Below, one piece after another: positions 1 through 10,778 of a DNA stretch of 34,290 nucleotides. The notes beneath the pieces are model-generated. The model saw only the letters and a list, made by a program, of their open reading frames with translations. It had not been told where the DNA came from and made no database searches. Numbering within the stretch: the stretch's first letter is position 1; every line of letters starts with the position of its first letter. Both the position numbers and the translations under genes were made by a program. This stretch comes from Chrysochromulina tobinii. Lineage: Eukaryota. The stretch lies in the NCBI GenBank assembly GCA_001275005.1, contig JWZX01002488.1, positions 1 to 34,290 on the forward strand, written 5' to 3'.

Positions 1-67
1 GTAAACGCGGCGTCGGGTGCGTATACGCACCTACCTGCGTATACGCACCCGACGCTGTGTATACGCA
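1..67. repeat. Hairpin/inverted repeat with GTATACGCA units (MITE-like remnant, may continue left of window)
   Basis: Perfect 20-bp arms 10-29 (gcgtcgggtgcgtatacgca) and 36-55 around a 6-nt loop. Pairing extends outward with G-T wobbles. GTATACGCA occurs at 21, 39 and 59. Confidence 0.7.
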
Positions 68-422
68 GGGACGCGACGAACGTCATGCCGGACCCGCGGA
101 CCGGCGGTGCGGTGCCGCGCCGTCGGGCGTCGGTGCCGACGGGGCTGTTGTGTGTCATTGAGGGCTGGGCAAATCGGGACCGAGGCGTGGCGCTGTTCAC
201 GTCAACGGCTGACGATATAAATAACCAGCTACCAGGCCTCGGCGCTCGGGAAGACGCTCGGCCTACACACAGTATACCGACTGTGTACTTGAGTATTATA
301 GGGTATATAGAGAGGTATATAGGTACATTGCCTTTCACGGTCGACCTTGAACAACTTAGGGTTTATCCTGATTGATCCGATATGAAAAGCGCCCAACACG
401 GCGCGTCGCGACTCTCCAGTAT

Positions 423-596
423 GGGGTCGGGTCGGAGGGGGTCGGGTCGGGGGATAGGATATGAAAATTGGGCTCCGAGGTCGAGGTCGGGTCGGGTCGG
501 GTCGGGTCTGAAGCGAGTCCAGGAAATCCAGTGTCGTTTTCGGGAAAACACCCCCCCTCCGACCCCGACCCCGACCTCTCACACACCCGACCCCGG
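423..596. repeat. GGGTC(G) pentamer arrays with inverted CCGACC arrays; MITE-like intergenic repeat
   Basis: Tandem gggtc units at about 423-508 and reverse-complement ccgacc units at about 559-596. gatatgaaaa occurs at 379 and 458. Confidence 0.6.
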
Positions 597-1013
597 ACAC
601 AGCGTTCGGCTGCATCAGCCGCGGCGCACCATCAGCGCGTAATCAGCGCTCAGCGGCCAGCGCGCGCGGGGCGCGTGCGCGGTGATCGCTTGGGGACCCC
701 TGCCCGTCCGCGAGCGTAGGAGGTAGGACGGGGTCGGAGTCCTGATCTCCGATTCGAAGTCTGAACGCGACGTGCCGCACCGCGCACCGCAGCACGCGAC
801 CCGGCGACGACACCGGCGGCCGCGGCAGATCGCCTCTGATGCTCGCAAAGCGCGTGCATGAGGCACAGCCCGCGGAGCCGCGCGGAACCGGAAGCCGTGC
901 GCGCGTGCCGGCCTGTGCACGGCCGGGCAGAACCCTAGGCAGAAGGCACAGATATGCACAGCCTATGGTGTTCCTTGTGCGCGCGCCCGATCGGGTCTTA
1001 TATCATACGGAGA

Positions 1014-1793
1014 CTATATCCACTTGTTCGCAACTTTGATCAAAGCCACGGCGGTCATCTCGGCTGCCTGCATCACGGCCGCCGCTGTGACGCTTGTCGC
1101 CTCTTCCAACGACTCATGGGCCCCCACGTGCTCATTCGCTGACCCCGTCACCACGGCCTGCGATGGAGCGAGCCGCTTATGCTTCGCTGCCTCAGACATC
1201 ATCGCCACGGCTGCCATCTCAGCCACCTGCATGACCGTTGCTCCTGCGATGGCTGCCACTGTGGGTGCCCAGTTGACCGCATGGTCTGACGCCGTCTGAC
1301 TCGATGGGCTCACCACCGGCGCCATCGCCACACTCTTGGCCAAAAGAGGACCACGTGCCGCTACTGCCTCAGCACGCCACAGCTCTTGCTTGGCCCAGCG
1401 GGGGTCGTTCAAGCGAGATTGCCAAAGCTCCTGGTGCGATCTCATGGTTGTGGAGGGCATGTGCGATCTCACGGACGCAGATGTTGTGGAGGGCCCACAT
1501 GCCTCGGCTGCTTCCGCCGTTGGTCGTTGCCGAAGTCGCCAGGCTAGTCGGTCGTCCCACATGCGCCGGAGCCGTCTTGATTCTAGCGGAGTGATGGATG
1601 TTAAGTCCTCTGTTTCGGTGAGCTGCGCACGGGAAAAACTTCCGATGCTTTCTGCTGAGCTGGCCACGAGACCAAGCAGTTGGCGCTGCAGATCACTGGG
1701 ACGACGTGCTTGTGAATGCGTGAGCGTCATGGTGCTACCTCTGGCTTGTGCTGGAGCTGGAAGCGCGAGCCACACTACAGCCAGCACCAGCAT
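1014..1793 (-). CDS. Hypothetical protein with N-terminal signal peptide and a duplicated Ala-rich C-terminal motif
   Basis: 259-aa ORF with ATG start and signal-like MLVLAVVWLALPAPAQA. Internal repeat VMQVAEMAAVAMM / VMQAAEMTAVALI. Head-to-head with SDHAF4. Confidence 0.5.
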   Translation of the reverse strand: MLVLAVVWLALPAPAQARGSTMTLTHSQARRPSDLQRQLLGLVASSAESIGSFSRAQLTETEDLTSITPLESRRLRRMWDDRLAWRLRQRPTAEAAEACGPSTTSASVRSHMPSTTMRSHQELWQSRLNDPRWAKQELWRAEAVAARGPLLAKSVAMAPVVSPSSQTASDHAVNWAPTVAAIAGATVMQVAEMAAVAMMSEAAKHKRLAPSQAVVTGSANEHVGAHESLEEATSVTAAAVMQAAEMTAVALIKVANKWI

Positions 1794-1954
1794 TCGTTGT
1801 GTACGGAAACGAAGGTTTTAGAACTTTCGCGTCGTGGTTGCGATGTAACACCGTGAACTCGCAAACCTTACATGTACGTGAACCCCATAACGAGGAGTGC
1901 ACTTTCTGTGAAGTCGCACGTCCTAGATGTTTCGTGAGGCGTGTGCAAAACAGG

Positions 1955-2260
1955 ATGCTTGTCATCAAAGTCGCACTGATGCCTCGTGCACGATGCGGGC
2001 TCACGATGAGTGTGCGTCGGTTATGCTCAGAGGTACCCGCCGCAGCTCCACCGGCCAAAGACAGGCCTCGCATGAAGCCGCCGCAAGTTGCCAAGCCGTT
2101 TGAGGAGGTGACGATGGAGGAGGTGCGCGCAGCGCTCGAGAGCAAGTCAATACCAACAGAGGATAAACGTGCCGCAGCCGATGAGATCGGAGGCCCCAAA
2201 GGCGAGGAACCAACGCGATTTGGTGATTGGGAGCGCAAAGGGCGAGTAACCGACTTTTGA
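1955..2260 (+). CDS. SDHAF4: Succinate dehydrogenase assembly factor 4 (Sdh8, DUF1674), mitochondrial
   Basis: C-terminal EIGGPKGEEPTRFGDWERKGRVTDF is the DUF1674 signature. ATG at 1955 gives an Arg-rich presequence-like N-terminus. Exact start uncertain. Confidence 0.9.
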   Translation: MLVIKVALMPRARCGLTMSVRRLCSEVPAAAPPAKDRPRMKPPQVAKPFEEVTMEEVRAALESKSIPTEDKRAAADEIGGPKGEEPTRFGDWERKGRVTDF

Positions 2261-2371
2261 TCAATCGCGGCGCTATACATTGTTTCCAGTGATGTCTAGC
2301 ATGTTCTCGTATAGGGCATAGCAGGAAATCTCCTGATGTATAGAAGCTTCACATGATGTATAGAAAAACAT

Positions 2372-3866
2372 CTAATCGTCCCAATATTTGCGTCGCCGTT
2401 GACGAGCTGGCTGCTCCTTTACCGACGCATTGCCGCTACTTGATGGCCGCCTCGGCGGCTCGAGTTCCTGGTCAACGGTGCCCTCGAGCGTACCAGCCTT
2501 GGGGCGCGAGCCATGCTCGGGCGTCGACGTGCGCTTCGGCGACTCAGAGGGGTTTGGCTGTAGCTTCGACTTGGGGATGATTAGCGGCGGCGCCGCTTCC
2601 GGATGAGGCACGCCAATGCCAAGGCTGCCCAGTTGCAGCTCTGCGAGCCGAAAGCTGTTGGTGGCGTTCGAGCTGTACGTGTCAATCGAGGCGAGTAGCC
2701 CCGAGACGATGCGCGCCGTCGGGCGGTGCGTGCGCTGGTAGTGGCGCGCCCGACGATCGGCCTCTCGCGACGTAATCTCGATCGAGCTCGGTGCTGCGTA
2801 AAGTGGAACGCTCGCCGACGAGGTCAATAGGCCACCGCCGCCACCGCCACCGCCGCCGATGTAACGGCACGCGGTCTTTTGTGCCTGGCTCAATGCTGGC
2901 TGCGGCTGGGCGGCCGGTGCGCCGGTCAGGGGCACGCGGCCGATTGGAGGATTTGCGGCTGGCGGGAGGATTCGCGGCGGTCCTGGCGGCGGGAGGGTCC
3001 GGTTGCCGCGCACCGCCGAGACTGCTCGCTTGGCCGACTGCCTGTCGGGCGAAAGAGGCTCCCACCGTCCACCCGGCGGCAGTGCTTGCTGCAGAAACGG
3101 CTTGTGTGCCGCTGGAGGCAGCCGACGAGACGGCGACGTCGAGCCACTGCTGTCGGCTGCAACGGCGCCAGTGGCGCGCGCTGACGCAGCCGCAGCGCGC
3201 GCAGTTGCAGCGTCACGCGCCGCGTTTGTGAGCGCCGCCGTTCGTTGCGCAAAAGCAGCCGCGCTTGCATCCGTCGGGTCGCGCGCCGGCGCGGGGGCCA
3301 TGAGCGCAGCGGCGCCGGTCGGCGGCGACGGAACGGTCGCAAACAAGTCGGCGGAACTCCTGCCGTCTACGGGGCTGCTGGACCGGGCGATGGGCATGGG
3401 CGGCAGCATGGGTAGCGCCGGATGGGTTGATGCACACGACTTGAAGGTGACCGGAATGACGCCACCGATGGGGGCGACGCCACCGACGCCACCGACGCCG
3501 CTAGCTACACCGCTGGTCGCATCTGCCAGCGGGAGCAGCGATGAGCTTGAGGAGATCGGTGGCAGCAGGCCGGCCTGGCCCTTCCGGAGTGACGCGTCGC
3601 TGTAGGCGCGGCCACCGCAACGTCCCATCACTAGCGATGACGTCGAGCGTGTCTGCGTCAGGAGCGGCGCGTAGCCCGGGGTTATCGGTGGCGCACCGCG
3701 CAGCGGTGAGCGAGACCAAGTCGGCCGATGCTGTGCAGGCGAGCTGCTCCGCGAGCGTGAGGGCGAGCGGGGGCTATTCGAGCCCGCAGGCATCCCTGTT
3801 GGCCCCTGACCCCTTGCCGAGTTCAGCACCGCACGGCCCGGGACCAGTGCCGCGGCCGCGGCCGCG

Positions 3867-3897
<31 letters not shown>

Positions 3898-5062
3898 ACG
3901 CCGCCGCTGCTACCGCCTCCTCAGGCACTGTCTGGAGAGAGCCAGCAGCGGCTGGCTCGGCGGCGTCCGCGGTCGCCCACAAGGCGGTCTCCCGCGGCTC
4001 CTCATCGAGCGCTTCCCGTGGATGAGCTTGCGCCCCCCGCCGCCGAGTTTGGCTCTGCATAGGCGAATTTGGAGGCGCAGGCTCCGGATCCACAAATGGG
4101 GCAGCCGAAGTCACCCCGTTGGCGGGACAGGGCGCGGCAGTGGCGACGGAAGCCGCAACCGCGACGGCCTTCTGCACATCCTGCAGCAGCATGCCTCCCA
4201 ACGGTGTGACTGGCCGTGGCGCTCCCGCCCGTAGGCCTCGCGACTGCTGTCCACTGCTGCCGCTGCTCGCGCGCAGATTGTGGGGCGGCGTGATACCAAC
4301 GAGGGTGGTGCTGGAGGGGCGGCTACCGCTCGTCTCCGACGACAACAGCGGCGCCGCTGCCAGCGCGATATCCGATGCTGCGTCTGTTGGAGACGAGGCA
4401 CTGTCCGGTGCCGAGGCATCGGCCGCCGCTGTGCTCAGTCCGCTGTCGATCGACCCACGCCTGCTCATGCTCTTCTTCATGGGCAATCTCGTCGGTGTCA
4501 GCGGCGTCTGCGGTGGCGCGACGACCTGCATGATGCATTCAACCTCGGAGGGATCGCGCAAAGTAAGCGGTGATGACACGCTCGACTTGGTCACGACTGT
4601 GAGCAAGCTTTCGAGCCACGCCGCATCGCGCATAATGGCTTCCTCCGCGGGCAGTGTGGCGTCGCTCGCGCGGCTCCACACCTCCGCGAGCTCCATGAGC
4701 GACGTGAAGAAGGCCTCTCGACTCATCGCTTTCGCATTGCCCATGCCATCCAGCTGCCAATCCTCCAGGGCGCAGTCAATGGCGCGTTCGGTGTCCCATA
4801 CCGCCGGCACGAGCGCCTTATACAGCAGTGTGTTGAGCGCCACGTAAGCGTCCTGCGTCAGCAGGCACGTGCCGTTTGTGGTGCACACATTCCACCACTG
4901 AGAGGCGGCAGCGACAAGCCGTGGGTGGCCGCACCGTTCGCGACGGCCCGCGACCGAGTCGCGTGATGCCAGCGCGACGGGCGGCGGCGGAGGTGCCTGA
5001 CGGCCGAGGCCAAGCATGTTGGCCTGCTGTGCAGCGCCTCGAGAACGCAAACCACCGATCAT
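2372..5062 (-). CDS. Hypothetical protein: N-terminal EF-hand-like protist domain plus long Ala/Pro/Ser low-complexity tail
   Basis: 897-aa open frame. Globular segment LTQDAYVALNTLLYKAL...ALEDWQLDG...MSREAFFTSLMELAEVW resembles a degenerate EF-hand pair recurrent in protists. The rest looks disordered. Confidence 0.6.
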
Positions 5063-5587
5063 CACGGCTCCGAGAAGGGAGAGGGGTGCGAGGCGTACAG
5101 CACGATGAATGAAACTGCTGCGGGCACACGCATTTAACCAAACTTACCCAATTTGTAGCGACTGAACATGTGTTCGGACACACACGGACCCGGGAGGTAT
5201 ACCGACAAAGGAAGGAAACACATGACGGCATGAGCGCCGCTGAGGCCTCCCCTACTGTATGGTTCTGTTTTTAAATTCACACACACACGTGGTTACGTAT
5301 AAGGTGTGTGTATCTGAGTGGGCAGTGACAGTGCCGAAGCACCGGTTGGATACAAACACAGAGACCACGGAGTACCGCGCGTTGTCATAGTACCGACTAC
5401 CGCGGAATCCGGTATCCGCAAGATCCGGTACCCGTAACCCGACGTGAAGATTGCGATCGGGGAACGGGTTTGACCGGGTCGCGGTCCGGTCTGGTGTCGG
5501 AGCTCGGACTCGGAGCGCCCGGGAGGCTATCCGGCTAGACGCATGTGCTATACCGTGCTGTCCCTGTCTACACCCGTCTAGATTTAA

Positions 5588-6994
5588 CTAGCTGGCCCGA
5601 TAATCCAAAGCGAATGCATCGATGTAGGTGGACGCATGCGGAAGCGATGCACGCCGCGCGGCGGCTTGCAACAGTGATCGTTGCGAGGCAAGATCGTGCC
5701 CGGCTTGGACGGCAGCCAGCGCGGCATTGGCAACGTTGGCGATGTCCGCTTCACGCAACTTCTCGTTGTGTAAAATCGCCTCTCGGAGCAGCCCCGCCTC
5801 AATCTCCTTGACGCGCCTAAAGCGCTCCTCTTGTTCGGGGTCAAGATTGTTGAGACGCTTGGCTATGCGCTTCTCGCGTTCGTAACGCTTCTCGACATCG
5901 TCGCGTGCCTCCTGCATTTTCTTCCTCAGCTCCTTTTCGGCCAAGTACATACGCCGAAGCACCGCCACCTGCTCCTTGGCTGCCTTCAATTCGTTGCGTA
6001 GTGCATCGTGCTCGGCTCTCGTCACGGTCTGACCTGCGGCACTAGCCTGGCCATCGGGCGGCACTTGAATCTGGATCCCTCGTGGCGTTTCCTGAGCCAG
6101 CGCAGCTTTGGAGCGTACACGATCCATTAGCTTTGCTTGAGTGGGGGGCGCATCCGTGTGCGTAAGCGTCGCGCCCAATGCAAACTTGTCGCCCGCGTTT
6201 GCGCAACGCACCAAGGGACGCCAGCCAAGAGAGCGAGGGCCCTGCGTGGCGCTCAGCTCGAGGTCGAGCGGGTTGCCGTCGCCATCACGTGCGAGCACCC
6301 AATCATCGCCGTCGCCCACCTTGACCCGCAGCCTCCGTTCGTCCATGTCGACGCGCATGTGAATGGTCGCACCGACCGCGACGCCACGCAGGTCTCCACG
6401 CATGAGGGCCGCGCCTCGGATAACGGCCGTCTTCTTGTCGTGCGTGCGGGCGTCTGGAAACCCGAAAAGCTTTCCGTTCGATGGCGCCAGCCCGAAGGAC
6501 CTTCCCCAAGCGCCGGTGCGCAGGAAGGCGCCTGTGTCTTCGGCGATACCGACGAGAACAGACTGGCCGTTGCCGTCGGACGCAACGATGCGGATGCTGA
6601 ATTGGGACTGGCCGGTTGCTGGCAGCCGTGTGCCTACGGCGCATGCGTACATGCCAGGTAGCTGCTGCTCAACGCACGAGGCCTGATTGGGATCATCCAC
6701 AGATGGTGCCATGCCATCTGAGAAATGTTCCCACTTGACATTTACAGTCTGATGAACTCGTTCATCCTCGGCATGCTCGGCAGTGGGGCCGAAGGCACCT
6801 GAGACAGCACCACTCTTCAGTCTTTTGAACGCTTGAAGGCTGGTCCTAAACGAGGCCTTCGAAGGTGGTGACAATTTGGCATTATCAGACGTTGATGAGG
6901 ATGTGTCTCTGGTTGGCGCCTCCGAGGATCTCAAGGCGGCAGCAAGAAGCGCATGCTTGGTGACGGCACGCTTGAGCGCAGGGAACTGCACCAT
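5588..6994 (-). CDS. SPRY/B30.2-like domain protein with C-terminal coiled coil
   Basis: FSIRIVASDGNGQSVLVGIAED...SFGLAPSNGKLF...GATIHMRVDMDERRLRVKV fits the SPRY beta-strand pattern. Heptad-rich LRNELKAAKEQV...EREKR tail. First in-frame ATG at 6994. Confidence 0.7.
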   Translation of the reverse strand: MVQFPALKRAVTKHALLAAALRSSEAPTRDTSSSTSDNAKLSPPSKASFRTSLQAFKRLKSGAVSGAFGPTAEHAEDERVHQTVNVKWEHFSDGMAPSVDDPNQASCVEQQLPGMYACAVGTRLPATGQSQFSIRIVASDGNGQSVLVGIAEDTGAFLRTGAWGRSFGLAPSNGKLFGFPDARTHDKKTAVIRGAALMRGDLRGVAVGATIHMRVDMDERRLRVKVGDGDDWVLARDGDGNPLDLELSATQGPRSLGWRPLVRCANAGDKFALGATLTHTDAPPTQAKLMDRVRSKAALAQETPRGIQIQVPPDGQASAAGQTVTRAEHDALRNELKAAKEQVAVLRRMYLAEKELRKKMQEARDDVEKRYEREKRIAKRLNNLDPEQEERFRRVKEIEAGLLREAILHNEKLREADIANVANAALAAVQAGHDLASQRSLLQAAARRASLPHASTYIDAFALDYRAS

Positions 6995-7636
6995 GAACGA
7001 ACTCTTTTCGCTCGCGCACACATGTCGACTGCACAAAATCTTTGTTATTTACCGGTAAAAAGACACCTGGGATACAGTACCGTACCGGTACCGGTTTGGA
7101 TAAAGGTATCTGCGATCTGCCTGTGCGCGTGCGGCGACAACTTTCACGTTTCAGGTAAATTCTAAATACTAACGTCAAAGGGTAGACACTACGGCTCTAC
7201 GGGTAGACACACGCAGGTTACACGCAGGTAGGCGCAGGGTGTAGAGGCGACGAGTCCGTAGAGCGGGTTCTCGACGCACGATCACTCGACGGTCCAGGGG
7301 CCTATGTCGGGACGGAGGTAAGCGCGCGGTTCGCGCTCGTTTCAAACGTAACGTTTCTCTGACCGTCTGAGTCTGCGCGAGATACTGCGGGTATCGGGTC
7401 TCGCGTGCCACGCGTGACTCTCTGTGTCCTCTCTCGCTGGCCGTCTACGATGCATCGAGAGTTCGAGACCCTCCTCTCTGCACTGGACTCAGAGCAGACT
7501 GCACCGGACGCCAGCCGGCCAGACGAGTCACAAACACGCTCGCCTGGCTCACTCCGCTCAGCAGGTCACAGCACTCACGTCTTGAAGGAGTGGCCGCGTT
7601 TTCATCGAATGCGCACCGCAGAAGCACAGCTGCCCG

Positions 7637-9127
7637 TCAAGGCTTGGGCTCGGCCGCACGCGCTAGGCCGGCCCGCCAAAAGCAGAGCGCAGTCAGCACG
7701 TACGCGCCTGGGACCAGCAGGCTGAGCAGCAGTCGCAATGGAGCGCCGCGCCGATAGAGGAAGCCAATGAGTGGTGGGGACAAGCTGCTGAAGATCTGCA
7801 CGACGTTGAGCATCCCCTGGGCGGTGCCGCTGATGGCCTGCGGCACGGCTGCCTGCAACATCGCAATCGTCGCGCCAAACCAGGTCTCGGCACACAGGTA
7901 TGCGCCGAGCAGCCCAAGCAAAGCCAGGCCAAAATGGTCGCTCCGCACGCCGACGAGCCAAAAGGGGATGGCAAGTAGAGCGCCGACGGCGGGGATGTAG
8001 GCGGCGCGCTCCGGTCGTCGGCCCGCGTTCGTCATGCGATCCGATGCGAGGCCGCCGCAGACCACTGCAACCGTGCCGCCGCCAGCCACGATGGCAGCAA
8101 ACAAGAGAGAGAAGGTGGATACGTGGGTGGGAAAGGCCGCGCGGTAGTAGGGCGCAACCCATGCACCGATGGCGAAGCCCGCAAATAGGCGGGCCGCCGC
8201 CCCAGCAAGCAGCCAGCGCACGGAGCGTATGCTGAGCACCTCGAGCACGGCCGCTCTGACAGAGCGCCGTGCGGGCGAGGCCGCAGCCACGACCACCCCC
8301 GTACCTTTGGCTGTGGTGGTCGCGGATGGTGCGGCGCTCGCCGACCGGCTGGGCAAGCTGACCGCCAAGAGGATCATAGGCGGCAGTGAGGAGAGGCCGA
8401 CGAGGAGCGCTGCGCGCCGCCAGCCGAGGGCACGCGAGGCGAGCACGGAGAGAGACGCACCCGCTCCACCGATGTAGATTCCTGAGGTGTAGATGGAGTG
8501 GGCGGTCGCTCGGAAGGCGGGCGGGAAGGAAGACGCGATGAGCGTGTGAGAGGCCGGGCCCGCAAAGGCCTGGGCGATGCCGAGCAGCACCCGCGCGCAT
8601 ATCACGTGTGTGAAGCTTTGCGCCATCGCCGAGCCCGCCGTAGCGAGAGACCAGCCTGTGGCCGAGACGAGGATCAGCCATTTGCGCGGATAGATGTCGC
8701 AGGCGACGCCCGCAGGAAATGAACAGATCACGTAGAGAAGCGTGAAGCCGAATGAGACCAGCAGCCCATACTGTTCTGCGTTGAAGCCCAGATCCACATT
8801 CATCAGCTCACGGGCTGAGCGGGCCGCGCCTGTGGCGCTGAAGCTCACCAGGTAGCTCGGAAGCTGACGCGCTAGTTGATTGTGAATGTAAAGAAGCGTC
8901 AGTGCCGCTAGTACAATGTACGCACGCGAGGTGGCTTGCGGCATAGGCATGGAAGAGGGCTTTGCAAGCGATTCTGGGGACGGCGAAGGCGTAGCGGCAA
9001 CAAGCCGTGGAGGAAGCGTTCGCCAAGAACGCTCTCCGGCAGACGGGAGATTTCCAATGTGCGTAGTCGGATACGGTGGCCGCACGGCGAGCGCGCAGAG
9101 AATGGGCAGCATGTGAAGTGGCTGCAT
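7637..9127 (-). CDS. Major facilitator superfamily transporter, Spinster-like, with N-terminal targeting extension
   Basis: About 12 hydrophobic segments. Motif-A-like GVACDIYPRK, ARVLLGIAQA, LIASSFPPAFRATAHSIY and GGLASDR. About 70-aa N-terminal extension with a hydrophobic then Ser/Pro/Arg-rich part. Confidence 0.88.
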   Translation of the reverse strand: MQPLHMLPILCALAVRPPYPTTHIGNLPSAGERSWRTLPPRLVAATPSPSPESLAKPSSMPMPQATSRAYIVLAALTLLYIHNQLARQLPSYLVSFSATGAARSARELMNVDLGFNAEQYGLLVSFGFTLLYVICSFPAGVACDIYPRKWLILVSATGWSLATAGSAMAQSFTHVICARVLLGIAQAFAGPASHTLIASSFPPAFRATAHSIYTSGIYIGGAGASLSVLASRALGWRRAALLVGLSSLPPMILLAVSLPSRSASAAPSATTTAKGTGVVVAAASPARRSVRAAVLEVLSIRSVRWLLAGAAARLFAGFAIGAWVAPYYRAAFPTHVSTFSLLFAAIVAGGGTVAVVCGGLASDRMTNAGRRPERAAYIPAVGALLAIPFWLVGVRSDHFGLALLGLLGAYLCAETWFGATIAMLQAAVPQAISGTAQGMLNVVQIFSSLSPPLIGFLYRRGAPLRLLLSLLVPGAYVLTALCFWRAGLARAAEPKP

Positions 9128-9337
9128 GGCGACCAACACTCTCTCAAGGGACGGAGATCAAAATCTCACAATAGGCGAGAGGGAACAACCTACCTGACAC
9201 ACATTGCGGGCAGTAACATTGCCGTAGCACCGGTTGTCGCGTCTGTCGTGTGAACGTTCACACATTGGAGGAAGACGCGCGGCAAAACGAGTTGGTTCTT
9301 TCCAGTGTGCATCCTCACCTCGCGCGGCCGCGGCAAT

Positions 9338-10474
9338 ATGAAGCGCGGTTTCCTCCTCGGCGTCGGCGGCAGAGGCGGTAGCGGCGGCAGTGGCGGCAGT
9401 GTATGCAGCTCGAGCTGCTCCTCTGCTGACGATGATGGCGCGACCGCCAAGCGCCAGCGCGCCTGCATGCAGTGTGCCGATGCCTTCAAGTGCTCCATCA
9501 CGGGCCAGCTCATGGTTGATCCGGTTAGCATCGCCGACGGCCAGATTCACGAACGTGCCGCGATCACTCGGTGGCTGTCCAAGCACGAAACGAGCCCCAA
9601 CACCGGAGTGAAGCTATCGCACAAGCACGTCTCGGCACTGCCTGCCGTGCGTGCAGCAATCCAGGCGCTCATAGATAGCGAGACCCTGTCCAAGGAGGAG
9701 ATGGGCGACTGGCTTCTCCGCAAGGGAGTCTCTTGCGCTGCCGCGCGCGAGTTTGCCGCGGCCAAGACGTGGCTGCAGCGGGCACATGGGATCGGCGTGG
9801 CTGCCGCAGGCTTTCAGCTGGGCCGGACGTGGATGGCCGAGGCCGCGTGTGCGGGAGTCGAGGAGGCCGTTGAGATGCTCGAAGCCACTCGTACTCCTCC
9901 CGAGGTCTTAACGTCTCTCGATGATGTCCGCGTGGGCGACATCGTGCGGCTTAGCACGGATGCGATGCAGAAGTACATTCGGGCCCATCGAGAGAAGGGC
10001 ATCCTCTATCCGGAGAGTCTGATCAACGGCGGCGAGACGTGCTTCGTGCGCAAGATCGACCACGAGGACGACACGCTGGGCGTCCGGCTGGATGATGGAT
10101 CGGAGCTCTGGCTGCCCATCGTGTGCTGCGTTAAGCTGCGCTCGTTTGAAGCGAAACCGCTCTCGTTACCCCGTGCGCGCGAGCTGCTCGAGACGAAGGA
10201 GAGTCTTGTCAACATCCGCCCAGATTGTCGCGCGGCCGTCGAGTCGGCGGGCATACAGTTTACGCTGCCAGCCGACTACGACTACGGCCCCCTGTGGCAC
10301 GTGACTGACATCGCGGAGAGTGCCGACTCGGCCCGCGTGAAACTGTGCAACTGCTCGGACGACGGGCAACATTGGTTGCCGCTGACGGCGTGCCGAGCGG
10401 TGGACATGGACAAAGCGGCCCTGCGCGCGTACGTGGCGCAGGCGCTAAAGTTGGCGCCGTTCTTGTCGAAGTGA
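9338..10474 (+). CDS. U-box E3 ubiquitin ligase with SEL1/TPR-like repeat and two SH3-like (mind bomb-type) repeats
   Basis: U-box: FKCSITGQLMVDPVSIADGQIHERAAITRWLSKHETSPNTG. Sel1-like AKTWLQRAHGIGVAAAGFQLG. VRVGDIVRL...VRKIDHEDDTLGVRLDDGSELWLP plus a second degenerate copy. Confidence 0.85.
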   Translation: MKRGFLLGVGGRGGSGGSGGSVCSSSCSSADDDGATAKRQRACMQCADAFKCSITGQLMVDPVSIADGQIHERAAITRWLSKHETSPNTGVKLSHKHVSALPAVRAAIQALIDSETLSKEEMGDWLLRKGVSCAAAREFAAAKTWLQRAHGIGVAAAGFQLGRTWMAEAACAGVEEAVEMLEATRTPPEVLTSLDDVRVGDIVRLSTDAMQKYIRAHREKGILYPESLINGGETCFVRKIDHEDDTLGVRLDDGSELWLPIVCCVKLRSFEAKPLSLPRARELLETKESLVNIRPDCRAAVESAGIQFTLPADYDYGPLWHVTDIAESADSARVKLCNCSDDGQHWLPLTACRAVDMDKAALRAYVAQALKLAPFLSK

Positions 10475-10570
10475 GAATTCGCGGAGAGTTCGGAAACCAA
10501 CGAAAGGCTCATGCCCACTTTGGAAAGGGGTGCCCGTTTGGTTTGAATCGGCGTGTTTCATCTGTTGTGT

Positions 10571-10778
10571 CAAGTCAAGACGACGCAATGACTTGACTTT
10601 AACTTACTCCCGCGTTGTCGACTGTGCGGAGAGTGGAGACACTTTATGACACTGTAACAGTCTTGACTTGTATGACAATGACTTGACTTGTGCTTGATTG
10701 CCACTGCATTTTCCACCAACGGTGACCTTCCACACAACGGTGATGCATTTTCCACCATTTGGCATGCATTTTCCACCA
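10571..10778. repeat. CAAGT/ACTTG microsatellite-like inverted units plus three TGCATTTTCCACCA direct repeats
   Basis: caagtcaaga (10571-10580) is inverted to tcttgacttg (10661-10670), with further tgacttgactt copies. The 14-mer occurs at 10705, 10744 and 10765. Confidence 0.75.

Noticed and set aside
356..361. TTAGGG telomeric hexamer
   Set aside because: Single copy, expected by chance.
10705..10778. Three 14-bp direct repeats as a CRISPR-like array
   Set aside because: Repeats too short, spacers irregular (25 and 7 bp), eukaryotic context and no cas genes.
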